From an uncultured Candidatus Saccharibacteria bacterium (lineage in GTDB: Bacteria; Patescibacteriota; Minisyncoccia; Phycocordibacterales; GWA1-40-21), in assembly GCA_964613715.1 (NCBI GenBank), contig CAZTJK010000001.1, positions 98,763 to 162,762 on the forward strand: a DNA stretch of 64,000 nt, given 5' to 3'. Shown piece by piece: positions 9,085 through 17,588 of this stretch (the first letter of the stretch is position 1; every line of letters begins with the position of its first letter). Made by a program: the position numbers and the translations under genes. The notes beneath the pieces were generated by a model. The model ran no database searches, was not told the origin of the DNA, and saw only the letters and a program-made list of their open reading frames with translations.

Positions 9085-11691
9085 CTATTTTTTCTTCAGC
9101 ACCCGCTTCAGATATTTCCCAGTGTGCGACTTCTCATTCATCGCCACATCTTCAGGCGTGCCTTTCGCCACGACTTCCCCGCCCTTATCCCCGCCTTCCG
9201 GCCCGATGTCGATGATATAGTCAGACGACTTGATGAGATCCATATTGTGCTCGATGACGACCACCGTATTGCCGTTGTCGACGAGCTTCTGCAAAATCTC
9301 GATGAGCTTCTTCACATCCTCGTAGTGGAGGCCGATGGTCGGCTCGTCGAGGAAATAGATCGTCTTGTACATGCCCGGGCGATAGAGCTCGGAGGATATC
9401 TTCACGCGCTGCGCCTCGCCGCCCGAAAGGGTGGTCGCGGACTGGCCAAGCTTGAGATAGCCGAGGCCGACTTGGTCGAGGCAGTGCAGGCGGTCGTAGA
9501 CCGCCGGCAAATCCTCGAAGAATTTCAATCCGTCCTCCACCGTCATCTCGAGCACTTCGTGGATATTCTTGCCCTTGTATTTGACCTCGAGCGTCTCTTT
9601 GGTAAAGCGCTTGCCATGGCAGACATCGCACGGCACGTACACTGTCGGCAGGAAATGCATTTCCACTTCGATCGTGCCATTACCTTCGCAATTCTCGCAG
9701 CGGCCGCCTTTTACGTTGAACGAGAAGCGATTTGCTCCCCAGCCGCGCTCGCGGGCCGTCGCGGTCGTGGCGAACATATCGCGGATGAATGTCCACGCGC
9801 CGGTGTACGTCGCCGGGTTCGAGCGCGGCGTGCGACCGATCGGCGACTGATCGATCATGATAACGCGCGAGAGGTATTCGGAACCTTCAAAAGAAGTCGC
9901 ATTATAGGTATTCGCCGAGCGCATCTTCTTCTCGAGCCGCGCCTGCAAGTTTTTATAGAGAATCTCGTACACGAAAGAAGACTTGCCGGAGCCGGAAACG
10001 CCCGTAACCGTCACAAGCTTGCCGAGCGGCACGTCTACGCTCATATTCTTGATATTGAACACCTTGCCGCCGCGGACTTTCAGCTTGCCCTTGTCCTGGT
10101 CGCGGCGCTTTTTCGGCAGCGGAATCTTCGCCTCGCCGCGCAGGTAGTCAAGCGTGAGCGAACCGGATTTGTTCTCCTTTGCCGTGAGCAATTCTTCGAG
10201 CCAGCCAGAGACCACCACGCGGCCGCCGTGCACGCCGGCCTTTGGCCCGATGTCCACGATATAGTCCGAGGCATACATAGTGTCCTCGTCATGCTCGACG
10301 ACGAGTATCGTATTGCCGAGGTCGCGCAAATTCACGAGCGTCTTGATGAGCTTGTCATTGTCACGCTGATGCAAACCGATCGTCGGCTCGTCGAGCACAT
10401 AGAGAGCGCCAACGAGGCCCGAGCCGAGCTGCGAAGCAAGGCGTATGCGCTGTGCCTCCCCGCCCGAGAGCGTGTTCGCCCGGCGATCAAGCGAGAGATA
10501 CTCGATACCCACATCGGTCATAAAAAGCAGGCGCGAGTCGATTTCTTTCAAGATGACTTTGCAGATTTCAGCTTCTGTCTCCGTGAGCTTCAGACTCTCG
10601 AGGAAGAGCTTGGCATCGGTGATGGATTTCGCCGTATAGTCCACGATATTCACGCCGCCAAGGAGCACATGCAGTGCCTCCTCGCGCAAGCGTGCGCCTT
10701 TGCAGGTCTCGCAGAGCTCGTCCGTGAAGAAGTCCTTGGTCCCGAGGCCGTGGCAGGCAGGGCACGCGCCATACGGCGAGTTGAATGAAAAGAGGCGCGG
10801 CTCTATCTCCGGATACGAATAGCCGTCGTATGGACACATGAATTTTACGGAGATCATTTTTGTCTCCTCGGGCGTCTCCACTTTCAGGAGCCCCTTCGAC
10901 TCCTCAATCGCTTTTTCCACCGCGTCCGACAAGCGCTCCTTAATGCCCTCTTTCTTCTCCTTGAACTCGCTTGTGTAGAATTCATCAACGAGCACGTCGA
11001 TATCGTGCTTTTTGTTTTTGGACAAAATGATCTGATTGCGCAGCTTGTGCGCCGCGCCATCTACCTTCACCTCCGTATAGCCCTTCTCAAGGAGATCATA
11101 GAGCAGCTGATAGTACTCGCCTTTCCTGCCGACGACGATCGGCGAATAGATCTTCACCTTATCGCTCGTCACTTTCACGCCGAGAATATCTTTCGATTGC
11201 TTCGGCGATTTGAGATGCGTAACGGTATGGATGATGGTCTCAAGGATTTCCTCTTTCGATAATTTCTTGATTTCCCTGTTGCACACAAGGCAATGCGGCT
11301 TGCCGATGCGCGCGTAGAGGATGCGCAGGTAGTCGTATATCTCCGTGATGGTCGCCACGGTGGAGCGCGGGTTGTTCGAGCGCGATTTCTGGTCTATGGA
11401 AATAGCCGGCGACAGGCCGATGATCTCGTCCACATCCGGCTTTTGCATCTGGTGGAGGAACTGGCGTGCGTATGAGGAAAGCGACTCCACGTAGCGGCGC
11501 TGTCCCTCGGCAAAAATGGTATCAAATGCGAATGACGATTTACCGGAACCGGAAAGGCCCGTGACCGCGATCATCTTGTTGCGCGGCATGTGCACGGTGA
11601 TGTTCTTGAGATTGTGCGTCCGCGCGCCTTTGACGACGATCTCCTTCGCCTCTTCGTCAAAACCGGTCTTTGTGCTGTGTTTCGGGCTCAT
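9085..11691 (-). CDS. uvrA: Excinuclease ABC subunit A
   Basis: Two ABC ATPase modules (GLSGSGKSS and GVSGSGKSS) with zinc-finger Cys clusters. 868 aa. Confidence 0.9.
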   Translation of the reverse strand: MSPKHSTKTGFDEEAKEIVVKGARTHNLKNITVHMPRNKMIAVTGLSGSGKSSFAFDTIFAEGQRRYVESLSSYARQFLHQMQKPDVDEIIGLSPAISIDQKSRSNNPRSTVATITEIYDYLRILYARIGKPHCLVCNREIKKLSKEEILETIIHTVTHLKSPKQSKDILGVKVTSDKVKIYSPIVVGRKGEYYQLLYDLLEKGYTEVKVDGAAHKLRNQIILSKNKKHDIDVLVDEFYTSEFKEKKEGIKERLSDAVEKAIEESKGLLKVETPEETKMISVKFMCPYDGYSYPEIEPRLFSFNSPYGACPACHGLGTKDFFTDELCETCKGARLREEALHVLLGGVNIVDYTAKSITDAKLFLESLKLTETEAEICKVILKEIDSRLLFMTDVGIEYLSLDRRANTLSGGEAQRIRLASQLGSGLVGALYVLDEPTIGLHQRDNDKLIKTLVNLRDLGNTILVVEHDEDTMYASDYIVDIGPKAGVHGGRVVVSGWLEELLTAKENKSGSLTLDYLRGEAKIPLPKKRRDQDKGKLKVRGGKVFNIKNMSVDVPLGKLVTVTGVSGSGKSSFVYEILYKNLQARLEKKMRSANTYNATSFEGSEYLSRVIMIDQSPIGRTPRSNPATYTGAWTFIRDMFATTATARERGWGANRFSFNVKGGRCENCEGNGTIEVEMHFLPTVYVPCDVCHGKRFTKETLEVKYKGKNIHEVLEMTVEDGLKFFEDLPAVYDRLHCLDQVGLGYLKLGQSATTLSGGEAQRVKISSELYRPGMYKTIYFLDEPTIGLHYEDVKKLIEILQKLVDNGNTVVVIEHNMDLIKSSDYIIDIGPEGGDKGGEVVAKGTPEDVAMNEKSHTGKYLKRVLKKK

Positions 11692-11763
11692 ATATATGCG
11701 CTAACTCCCCCATGGACTGCTCCATAGGGGTTATTATCGGCATTCTACGCTCTCTTTATAGGT

Positions 11764-11790
11764 TTGACAATAGATAATCTATGATATTAT
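11764..11790 (+). promoter_or_regulatory. Putative sigma-70 promoter driving the retron ncRNA; its -35 overlaps a divergent uvrA promoter
   Basis: TTGACA, a 15-nt spacer, then TATTAT, ending about 7 nt before a1. On the opposite strand TTGTCA-17-TAGAAT points at uvrA. Confidence 0.4.
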
Positions 11791-11796
11791 GTTCAC

Positions 11797-12018
11797 TGAA
11801 CTTGTAAATTAAAAACCACTGCAGTATTTTTGTCTTTTTGTAAAAAGACTTCCGGGATATCTTTGACCTCAGGCGTTATATGTCTGGTGTCCATAGTAAG
11901 AAAAAATAAGAATAAAATCTTAAATTTCTGCTTAAAATAATCCTTGTCCTTTGAGAGGTTAGTGTCTTGAGAGGTAGGTAGAGTCAAATCTATCAACAAT
12001 AGCAACTTTACAAGTTCA
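11797..12018 (+). ncRNA. Retron msr-msd-like non-coding RNA bounded by 12-nt a1/a2 inverted repeats
   Basis: a1 tgaacttgtaaa (11797-11808) is the exact reverse complement of a2 tttacaagttca (12007-12018). There are internal hairpins (for example gtctttttgtaaaaagac). It lies immediately upstream of the retron-type RT in an AT-rich island. Confidence 0.5.
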
Positions 12019-12132
12019 TTGGGAGTGGTTTACGTTATTGTCCACCCTATAGTACAACTATGGAACTCATACTTTCATTGTTGCTTATTTTGCTCATCCT
12101 ACGGGAAAGCCAAATAAGGCACTAACACCTGA

Positions 12133-13011
12133 GTGGATAATGAAATTTTTTCTTCAAAAAAAGAACTTTTAAAATTTCTCAAGATCAGAGAAAACTTTTT
12201 GTATAATAATATCAAAGCTAAATATCAGGAAAAAAATTACAGAAAAAAAATGGTGGTTCGCGTCAAATCACAAAACCGAATAACAAATTAAAAGATGTTC
12301 AAAGAACTATACTGGATAAAATATTAGTCTTATCCCCGCAATTACCATGCGTGTATGGGTTATCAAAAAAGAAAGGCGTTGTCGCTAACGCACAAACCCA
12401 CCAAATTAACTATCCTTTTCAATTACTAACATTGGATATCAAAGATTTTTTCCCAAGCATTTCTAGAAAAAAAAATTACAGATATTTTTAAAAAAAATAA
12501 ATTTAACAAAGAAAACTCGGCAATTCTTACAAAACTATGTACTGTGAATGACTCACTGCCGCAAGGGGCGCCCACAAGCCCTTATTTGGCATCGTTGGTC
12601 TGTGAAAAAATGGATAAAAAAATCTATATTTACTGTAAGAAGAAAAAATTTATTTATACAAGATACTTTGATGATATTAGTATTTCTGGAAAAGACGTGT
12701 TGCTTGAAAAAAATATAAAAGATATTGAAAAAATTATCCAACAGCATGGTTTTATGCTAAATAATGATAAAAAATTTAGTTTTTTTGAAGCTGAAGATAA
12801 AATAATCACCGGTATAATAATTACAAATGGTAAGCTATCTGTAACTAAAGAATATAAAGATTCGATCAAGATTGCTTACAAAAATTATATTTTAGAAGAT
12901 AACCTTAAAAACCGAAATTTATTTTCGGGAAAATTTGGTTTTTATTTTCATGTGAATAAAAAAGATGCGTTGGATTTTTTACAAGAGTTAAAAAATAACA
13001 TTAATTGTTAA
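12133..13011 (+). pseudogene. Retron-type reverse transcriptase, frame interrupted by two compensating poly-A indels (possibly a pseudogene or homopolymer sequencing errors)
   Basis: Read across three frame segments the RT motifs appear in order: KKNGGSRQITKP, LKDVQRTILDKIL, VYGLSKKKGVVANAQTH (NAxxH), LDIKDFFPSI, LPQGAPTSPYLASLVC, YTRYFDDISI (YxDD) and ITGIIIT (the retron VTG-like motif). The frame shifts at an A7 run (12230-12236, one A short) and returns at an A9 run (12467-12475, one A extra). About 30% GC. Confidence 0.6.
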
Positions 13012-15042
13012 TTATTTCTTTTTCTTCCCCACCTTCCCCTCAATAGCCCGGATTTCATCCCGCAATATGGCTGCGGTTTCGAAATCGAGCATTTTCACTG
13101 CAGCGTTCATCTGTATCTCCTTTTGTTTGATGAGCTTGGCCGGGCTCTTTGCCGCAGCCGCTTCGTCTATGCGAAGCAGCTCGGCCACGGCCTTGTCATG
13201 GTCAGAGCGCAGATGCTCGGTGATGTCGTGGATTTTCTTGATGATGGTCTTCGGCGTGATGCCATGCTTGGTATTGTACGCTACCTGCTTTTCCCTGCGG
13301 CGATTCGTCTCCTCAAGGGCGCGCTCGATGCTGCCCGTCATGTTGTCGGCATAGAGCACGACACGGCCGGCGGCATTCCTCGCCGCACGGCCGATGGTCT
13401 GGATGAGCGAGGTATCGCTGCGGAGAAAGCCCTCTTTGTCCGCATCGAGTATGCCGATGAACTCTACCTCGGGCAGGTCGAGGCCCTCGCGCAAAAGGTT
13501 CACGCCGACGAGACAGTCGAACTTTCCTTTGCGGAAATTGGTCAGGATGTCGATGCGGTCTATGGTCTTTATCTCGCTATGCAGATACTCGGCCTTCACG
13601 CCTTTTTCTTTGAGATATTCCGAAAGATCCTCGGCCATTTTCTTGGTCAGGGTCGTCGCGATCACGCGGCCGTCGCGCTTCACGATCTTTTCCGTCTCGT
13701 CAATGAAGTCGTATACCTGGGACTTGTTCTTCCCCTTTACCTCGGTAATCGGCTTGATCTCGACAATCGGGTCCACGAGGCCCGTCGGACGGATGATCTG
13801 CTCTACGGTATTCTCGGAATGCTCGCGCTCGAAATCGCCCGGCGTGGCCGAAGTATAGATGACCTGGTTCACCCGATCCTCAAACTCCGGGAACTGCAGC
13901 GGGCGGTTGTCCTTGGCGGAGGGCAAGCGGAAGCCGTAGTCCACGAGCGTCTTTTTGCGCGAAGCATCGCCTGCGTACATGCCGCGCAGCTGCGGCACTG
14001 TGACATGCGATTCGTCGATGACGGTCAAGAAATCCGGGCTGCCATCTGCTTTGTGCGGGAAATACGCGAGCAGGGTTTCCGGCGGTTCGCCGGCTTTTTT
14101 GCCCGAGAAATGCCGCGCATAATTCTCGATGCCATTGCAATAGCCGACCTCGCGGATGAGCGAGAGGTCATGCGTGGTACGGCGGCGCAAGCGCTCGGCC
14201 TCGAGCTGCTTCCCTTCTTTCTTCAGCTCCGCGACGCGCTCATCGAGCTCTATCTTGATGCTTTCGATCGCGCGCTTCTGCTCGTCTTTGTTCGTCACGA
14301 AATGCTTGGCCGGAAAGATGAAAATTGCTTTCAGATTGTCTTCCGTAATTTTCCGCGAAACTGAGTCAATTTTCGTGATGCGGGAAATCGCATCATCCTC
14401 AAAATCCACTCGAATGAGAATTTTCTCGCCCGTCGGCATGACTTCGACAGAGTTGCCCACCGCGCGGAATTGGCCGGGCTTCACATCAGTATTGGTCCTC
14501 GTGAAATACACGCCGATGAGCCGCTTGATGAGATCCTGGCGGGACTGCTTGTCGCCCACTGATAGCTTGATATTCGTTTTCTCGTATTCTGCCGGGGAGC
14601 CGAGGCCGTAGATGCAGGAAACGGATGCGACGATGATGACGTCTTTTCTCGTGAGCAGGGCCTGGGTGGAGGCATGGCGCAGGCGGTCTATCTCCTCGTT
14701 TATCATCGCCTCTTTTTCTATGTACGTGTCGGTAATCGGCATATACGCCTCCGGCTGATAGTAGTCGTAATAGGAGACGAAATAATGCACGGCATTGTCC
14801 GGGAAGAACTCCTTGTACTCCTGCGCGAGCTGGGCCGCGAGCGTCTTGTTGTGCGCGATGACCAAGGTCGGCTTCTGCGCTTTTTCAATGACATTGGCAA
14901 CGGTAAAGGTCTTGCCGGTGCCGGTCGCGCCGTAGAGTATCTGCTTTTTCAAGCCCTTTTTGAGGCCCTCTGCGAGGGATTTGATGGCCTCTGGCTGGTC
15001 GCCTGCGGGCGCGTATTCGTTCTTGATCTTGAATCTGTCCAT
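13012..15042 (-). CDS. uvrB: Excinuclease ABC subunit B
   Basis: Helicase motifs (GATGTGKTF), a UvrB interaction domain and a C-terminal UVR coiled coil. 676 aa. Confidence 0.9.
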   Translation of the reverse strand: MDRFKIKNEYAPAGDQPEAIKSLAEGLKKGLKKQILYGATGTGKTFTVANVIEKAQKPTLVIAHNKTLAAQLAQEYKEFFPDNAVHYFVSYYDYYQPEAYMPITDTYIEKEAMINEEIDRLRHASTQALLTRKDVIIVASVSCIYGLGSPAEYEKTNIKLSVGDKQSRQDLIKRLIGVYFTRTNTDVKPGQFRAVGNSVEVMPTGEKILIRVDFEDDAISRITKIDSVSRKITEDNLKAIFIFPAKHFVTNKDEQKRAIESIKIELDERVAELKKEGKQLEAERLRRRTTHDLSLIREVGYCNGIENYARHFSGKKAGEPPETLLAYFPHKADGSPDFLTVIDESHVTVPQLRGMYAGDASRKKTLVDYGFRLPSAKDNRPLQFPEFEDRVNQVIYTSATPGDFEREHSENTVEQIIRPTGLVDPIVEIKPITEVKGKNKSQVYDFIDETEKIVKRDGRVIATTLTKKMAEDLSEYLKEKGVKAEYLHSEIKTIDRIDILTNFRKGKFDCLVGVNLLREGLDLPEVEFIGILDADKEGFLRSDTSLIQTIGRAARNAAGRVVLYADNMTGSIERALEETNRRREKQVAYNTKHGITPKTIIKKIHDITEHLRSDHDKAVAELLRIDEAAAAKSPAKLIKQKEIQMNAAVKMLDFETAAILRDEIRAIEGKVGKKKK

Positions 15043-15114
15043 GCTTTGACTGAATGAATCATTATGCTACCCTGACCAGAGAAAAGCAATCAGATCTTTG
15101 GAAAGGAGGCTGAA

Positions 15115-15666
15115 ATGGAAATACGCGAAGCGCGGCTGAGGCTTATCACAGCGCTGAAGCAGATTGAAGTGAGGGCGATAAGAGGACATGCGCTCGTCCG
15201 CCCGTTCTTTCGGCGGCAGGAATCTGAAGCATCGGTGTTTGCGCGGCAGGAAGGTCGGAAAGCGCATTATCTCGCCCACTGTCGCTTGAGCGAGGACGAA
15301 TACTGGAAATTGCACATGTTTTTCTCTCCACTCATGGTGTTCGAAGGGCTCACGGAAGCGCAAGTTCAGCTCTGCATGCGGCTCCATGATGAATTGCGTG
15401 GAGAACAAAGGCTGATCCGTGATGAACCGTTGATCAAGCTCTTCGAGGCGGCACGCTCGCAAGAGGCTATGATGCTCGGCGATGATTTTCCGAAAGTCAT
15501 CGAGCAGGTATTCCGCGCAAAGATGGCGGTAAAGGCTGAAATGCAAAGATCGAACAGGTTCTGGCAAAAATTCCTGTGCTCTCTTTCATTGATCGAGCGC
15601 GAGGATTTTCTCCGGGAATGGGGCGATCGTCTTCCATTCCTACATGATATCGATCTTGATGAGTAA
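15115..15666 (+). CDS. Small-protein family member A (183 aa)
   Basis: TTGACT-16-TACCCT promoter, GAAAGGAGG Shine-Dalgarno and its own terminator. Core CRLSEDEYWKLHMFFSPLMVFEGLTEAQVQLCMRLH, paralogous to the gene at 15768. Confidence 0.6.
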   Translation: MEIREARLRLITALKQIEVRAIRGHALVRPFFRRQESEASVFARQEGRKAHYLAHCRLSEDEYWKLHMFFSPLMVFEGLTEAQVQLCMRLHDELRGEQRLIRDEPLIKLFEAARSQEAMMLGDDFPKVIEQVFRAKMAVKAEMQRSNRFWQKFLCSLSLIEREDFLREWGDRLPFLHDIDLDE

Positions 15667-15671
15667 ATACT

Positions 15672-15704
15672 GCCAGCGGCTAATACCCGCTGGCTTTTCT
15701 TTTG
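15672..15704 (+). terminator. Rho-independent terminator after gene A
   Basis: Hairpin gccagcg...cgctggc followed by ttttctttt. Confidence 0.55.
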
Positions 15705-15729
15705 ACTCGCCGGACCAGTGTGCTACTCT
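15702..15729 (+). promoter_or_regulatory. Sigma-70-like promoter of gene B
   Basis: TTGACT, a 16-nt spacer, then TACTCT. A GAAAGGAGG Shine-Dalgarno lies downstream. Confidence 0.5.
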
Positions 15730-15767
15730 TTTGGAAGAAGTATCCTGATCCTTGGAAAGGAGGAAGC

Positions 15768-16316
15768 ATGACGCTTGCACTCGTGGAAGAACGGCTGGTA
15801 GGCGTGCTGCGAAATATCGCCGCTCAAAAAGCGGAAGAAATGCAACGGCCGATCGAGATATATTTCGAGATACGGAAGAAAGCATGGCCGATCAACAATG
15901 CAGTGCGCAGGCATTTTATGCGGCACTCTAAGCTGAATAAGTATCAGTTCGAGCGGCTTGATATGTTTTTCGCGCCGCTCGTCATTCCTGCCTGCCTTTC
16001 CCGGCCACAGGTCAATATCTGCATCGAGATCTATGCTCGGATGTGCCCACCCGGTACAGACTATGGCAATGAGGAGCTCATGGCCCTCAAGCAGAGCATA
16101 GACTACTGGCACGCATGGAAATCTGCCGCAGTCGATGAGCATTTTATCGGGCACCTGTCCGAGGTGCTGCAGGAAAAGCTGTGGTTCAAGCAGGAAATGC
16201 GTGAAGCAAGAAAGGAATATGAGGCTCGGCATCGGCCGAAGATGCTGGGAGCTGAATTCCTCGCATCAGTAGGAAAATTTGCAAAGCGATTGCTTCGGAA
16301 AAAGCGCGCCGGCTGA
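15768..16316 (+). CDS. Small-protein family member B (182 aa)
   Basis: Core SKLNKYQFERLDMFFAPLVIPACLSRPQVNICIEIY, aligns with A. Its own promoter, Shine-Dalgarno and terminator (gccggctg...cagccggc followed by gttttt). Confidence 0.6.
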   Translation: MTLALVEERLVGVLRNIAAQKAEEMQRPIEIYFEIRKKAWPINNAVRRHFMRHSKLNKYQFERLDMFFAPLVIPACLSRPQVNICIEIYARMCPPGTDYGNEELMALKQSIDYWHAWKSAAVDEHFIGHLSEVLQEKLWFKQEMREARKEYEARHRPKMLGAEFLASVGKFAKRLLRKKRAG

Positions 16317-16416
16317 CGAAAGTACAGCCGGCGTTTTTCATTTGACGCCGGAAATATAGGAGGTACAATTCCCGAGGATATATTGCTGTTCATTCTCGCT
16401 GTGGAAAGGAAGATAT

Positions 16417-16743
16417 ATGGGTCAGCGCAGTGCCGGCGTTTCAAAAAAGAAACCGAGGGTGGCGCATGCTCATCCCTGTAGCAAGCTGTCGCCCGAGGTA
16501 CAGCGATGCGAGAAGGATTTCAAGCTGAACCTCTTTGATGCCTGCTGCCTCGTGCAATTCTTCCGGCCGTTTCCGGTGCCCCTGAAACTGTCGAAAGAGC
16601 TCATCGCGTTCCTTGTCGAAAGCAAGAAGCGCAATTCCCTGACGCAAGAAGAGGTTTGCTCGATCCGATTCGCCCTGACCGTGCTGAAACACGAGAAGGA
16701 CCAGGTCGCGATCGCGCATATCATCCGCAGCAAAGTCGCCTAA
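16417..16743 (+). CDS. Small-protein family member D (108 aa)
   Basis: TTGACG-16-TACAAT promoter. Motifs KDFKLNLFDACCLVQFFRPFP and LTQEEVCSIRFAL. A terminator follows (gccgcactgacatgcggc followed by ttttt). Confidence 0.55.
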   Translation: MGQRSAGVSKKKPRVAHAHPCSKLSPEVQRCEKDFKLNLFDACCLVQFFRPFPVPLKLSKELIAFLVESKKRNSLTQEEVCSIRFALTVLKHEKDQVAIAHIIRSKVA

Positions 16744-16857
16744 GACATCTTATATACAAGCCGCACTGACATGCGGCTTTTTACCTGCTCGTTTGACTTC
16801 CATCCCTCCTCTGCTAGTCTTCGAACAGAGCAGGACATACACGAAAGGAGGCAGCTC

Positions 16858-17178
16858 ATGTCAAAGAAAAAAGCACGCAATCAAGGGATACGAGCTATGC
16901 GATATTATCGCCGCAAGTACAACCTTAATACGCATTTTATGAGCTATTTCCCAGGAAAGTATCTCGTTGCTAGTAATGGAAAGTTCCCCAAGGATTTATC
17001 CATGAATGAAGTAGTGAAGCTCGCGGAGCTTTATAAGCAGGCGCTTGATAGCGCCCCGTTCCGCAAGGCATTGCTACGCTTCGCGCGCGAGTTCGCACAA
17101 GAGCTCAAGCGAAAAAAGCTCAAGACTGCTCCGGAAGGAGGACACCCGTTCCCCAAGCCGGATCATCTTGATCCATAA
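16858..17178 (+). CDS. Small basic hypothetical protein F (106 aa), monocistronic
   Basis: TTGACT-16-TAGTCT promoter, GAAAGGAGG Shine-Dalgarno and a terminator at 17180-17210. Family membership is unclear. Confidence 0.5.
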   Translation: MSKKKARNQGIRAMRYYRRKYNLNTHFMSYFPGKYLVASNGKFPKDLSMNEVVKLAELYKQALDSAPFRKALLRFAREFAQELKRKKLKTAPEGGHPFPKPDHLDP

Positions 17179-17179
17179 T

Positions 17180-17210
17180 GCCAGCCTGATTCAGGGCTGG
17201 CATTTATTTT
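17180..17210 (+). terminator. Rho-independent terminator after gene F
   Basis: Hairpin gccagcc-tgattca-gggctggc followed by atttatttt. Confidence 0.55.
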
Positions 17211-17237
17211 GACTTCCGCTTCCCCATTCCATATACT
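17209..17237 (+). promoter_or_regulatory. Consensus-like sigma-70 promoter of gene E
   Basis: TTGACT, a 17-nt spacer, then TATACT. Confidence 0.55.
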
Positions 17238-17273
17238 CCGTGATAGGAAGTTCTATTCGAAAGGAGGCGCCAC

Positions 17274-17555
17274 ATGGCACCCAAAACAGGAGAAAAAGAG
17301 GAATCGAAGTTCGAGCTCGCCCAGCGGGAGCCGCAAATAGTTGAGAAATATCAGAAGGATTTCAAGCTCGACGATGCCGAGGTATATCGCTTGCGATGCT
17401 TCTTCACTCGAGAGATCATGCCAGATAATCTGACCGAAAAGGAAATCCGCATGTGCATCGCGATGCATGATTTTCTGGCGCGAGGGTTTGCCTCGCCGAA
17501 TTTCGAGTGGCTCAAGGCCGTCGTAGGCCGGAAAATGATCGATCGCGGAATTTAA
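17274..17555 (+). CDS. Small-protein family member E (93 aa)
   Basis: Motifs QKDFKLDDAEVYRLRCFFTREIMP and LTEKEIRMCIAMH, aligning with both D and A/B. Terminator at 17564-17596. Confidence 0.55.
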   Translation: MAPKTGEKEESKFELAQREPQIVEKYQKDFKLDDAEVYRLRCFFTREIMPDNLTEKEIRMCIAMHDFLARGFASPNFEWLKAVVGRKMIDRGI

Positions 17556-17588
17556 AGCCGCAGAGCCGGATAGTAATGTCCGGCTTTT

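Noticed and set aside
9007-10788. 593-aa plus-strand ORF
   Set aside because: It lies entirely antisense to uvrA, whose ABC-ATPase motifs are unambiguous. It is a typical Arg/Ala-rich shadow frame of a GC-rich gene.
11791-11801. GTTCAcTGAAC palindrome as a LexA (Cheo) box
   Set aside because: The half-site order and spacing do not match GAAC-N4-GTTC. It is more simply explained as part of the retron a1 repeat. Kept only as a low-interest note.
12544-13011. 155-aa ORF as a stand-alone gene
   Set aside because: It is the C-terminal two-thirds of the retron RT, with motifs 4-7 (QGAPTSP, YxDD). Upstream RT motifs 1-3 are present in other frames, so it is reported as one interrupted RT rather than an independent small gene.
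13123-14364. 413-aa plus-strand ORF
   Set aside because: Antisense shadow ORF within uvrB.
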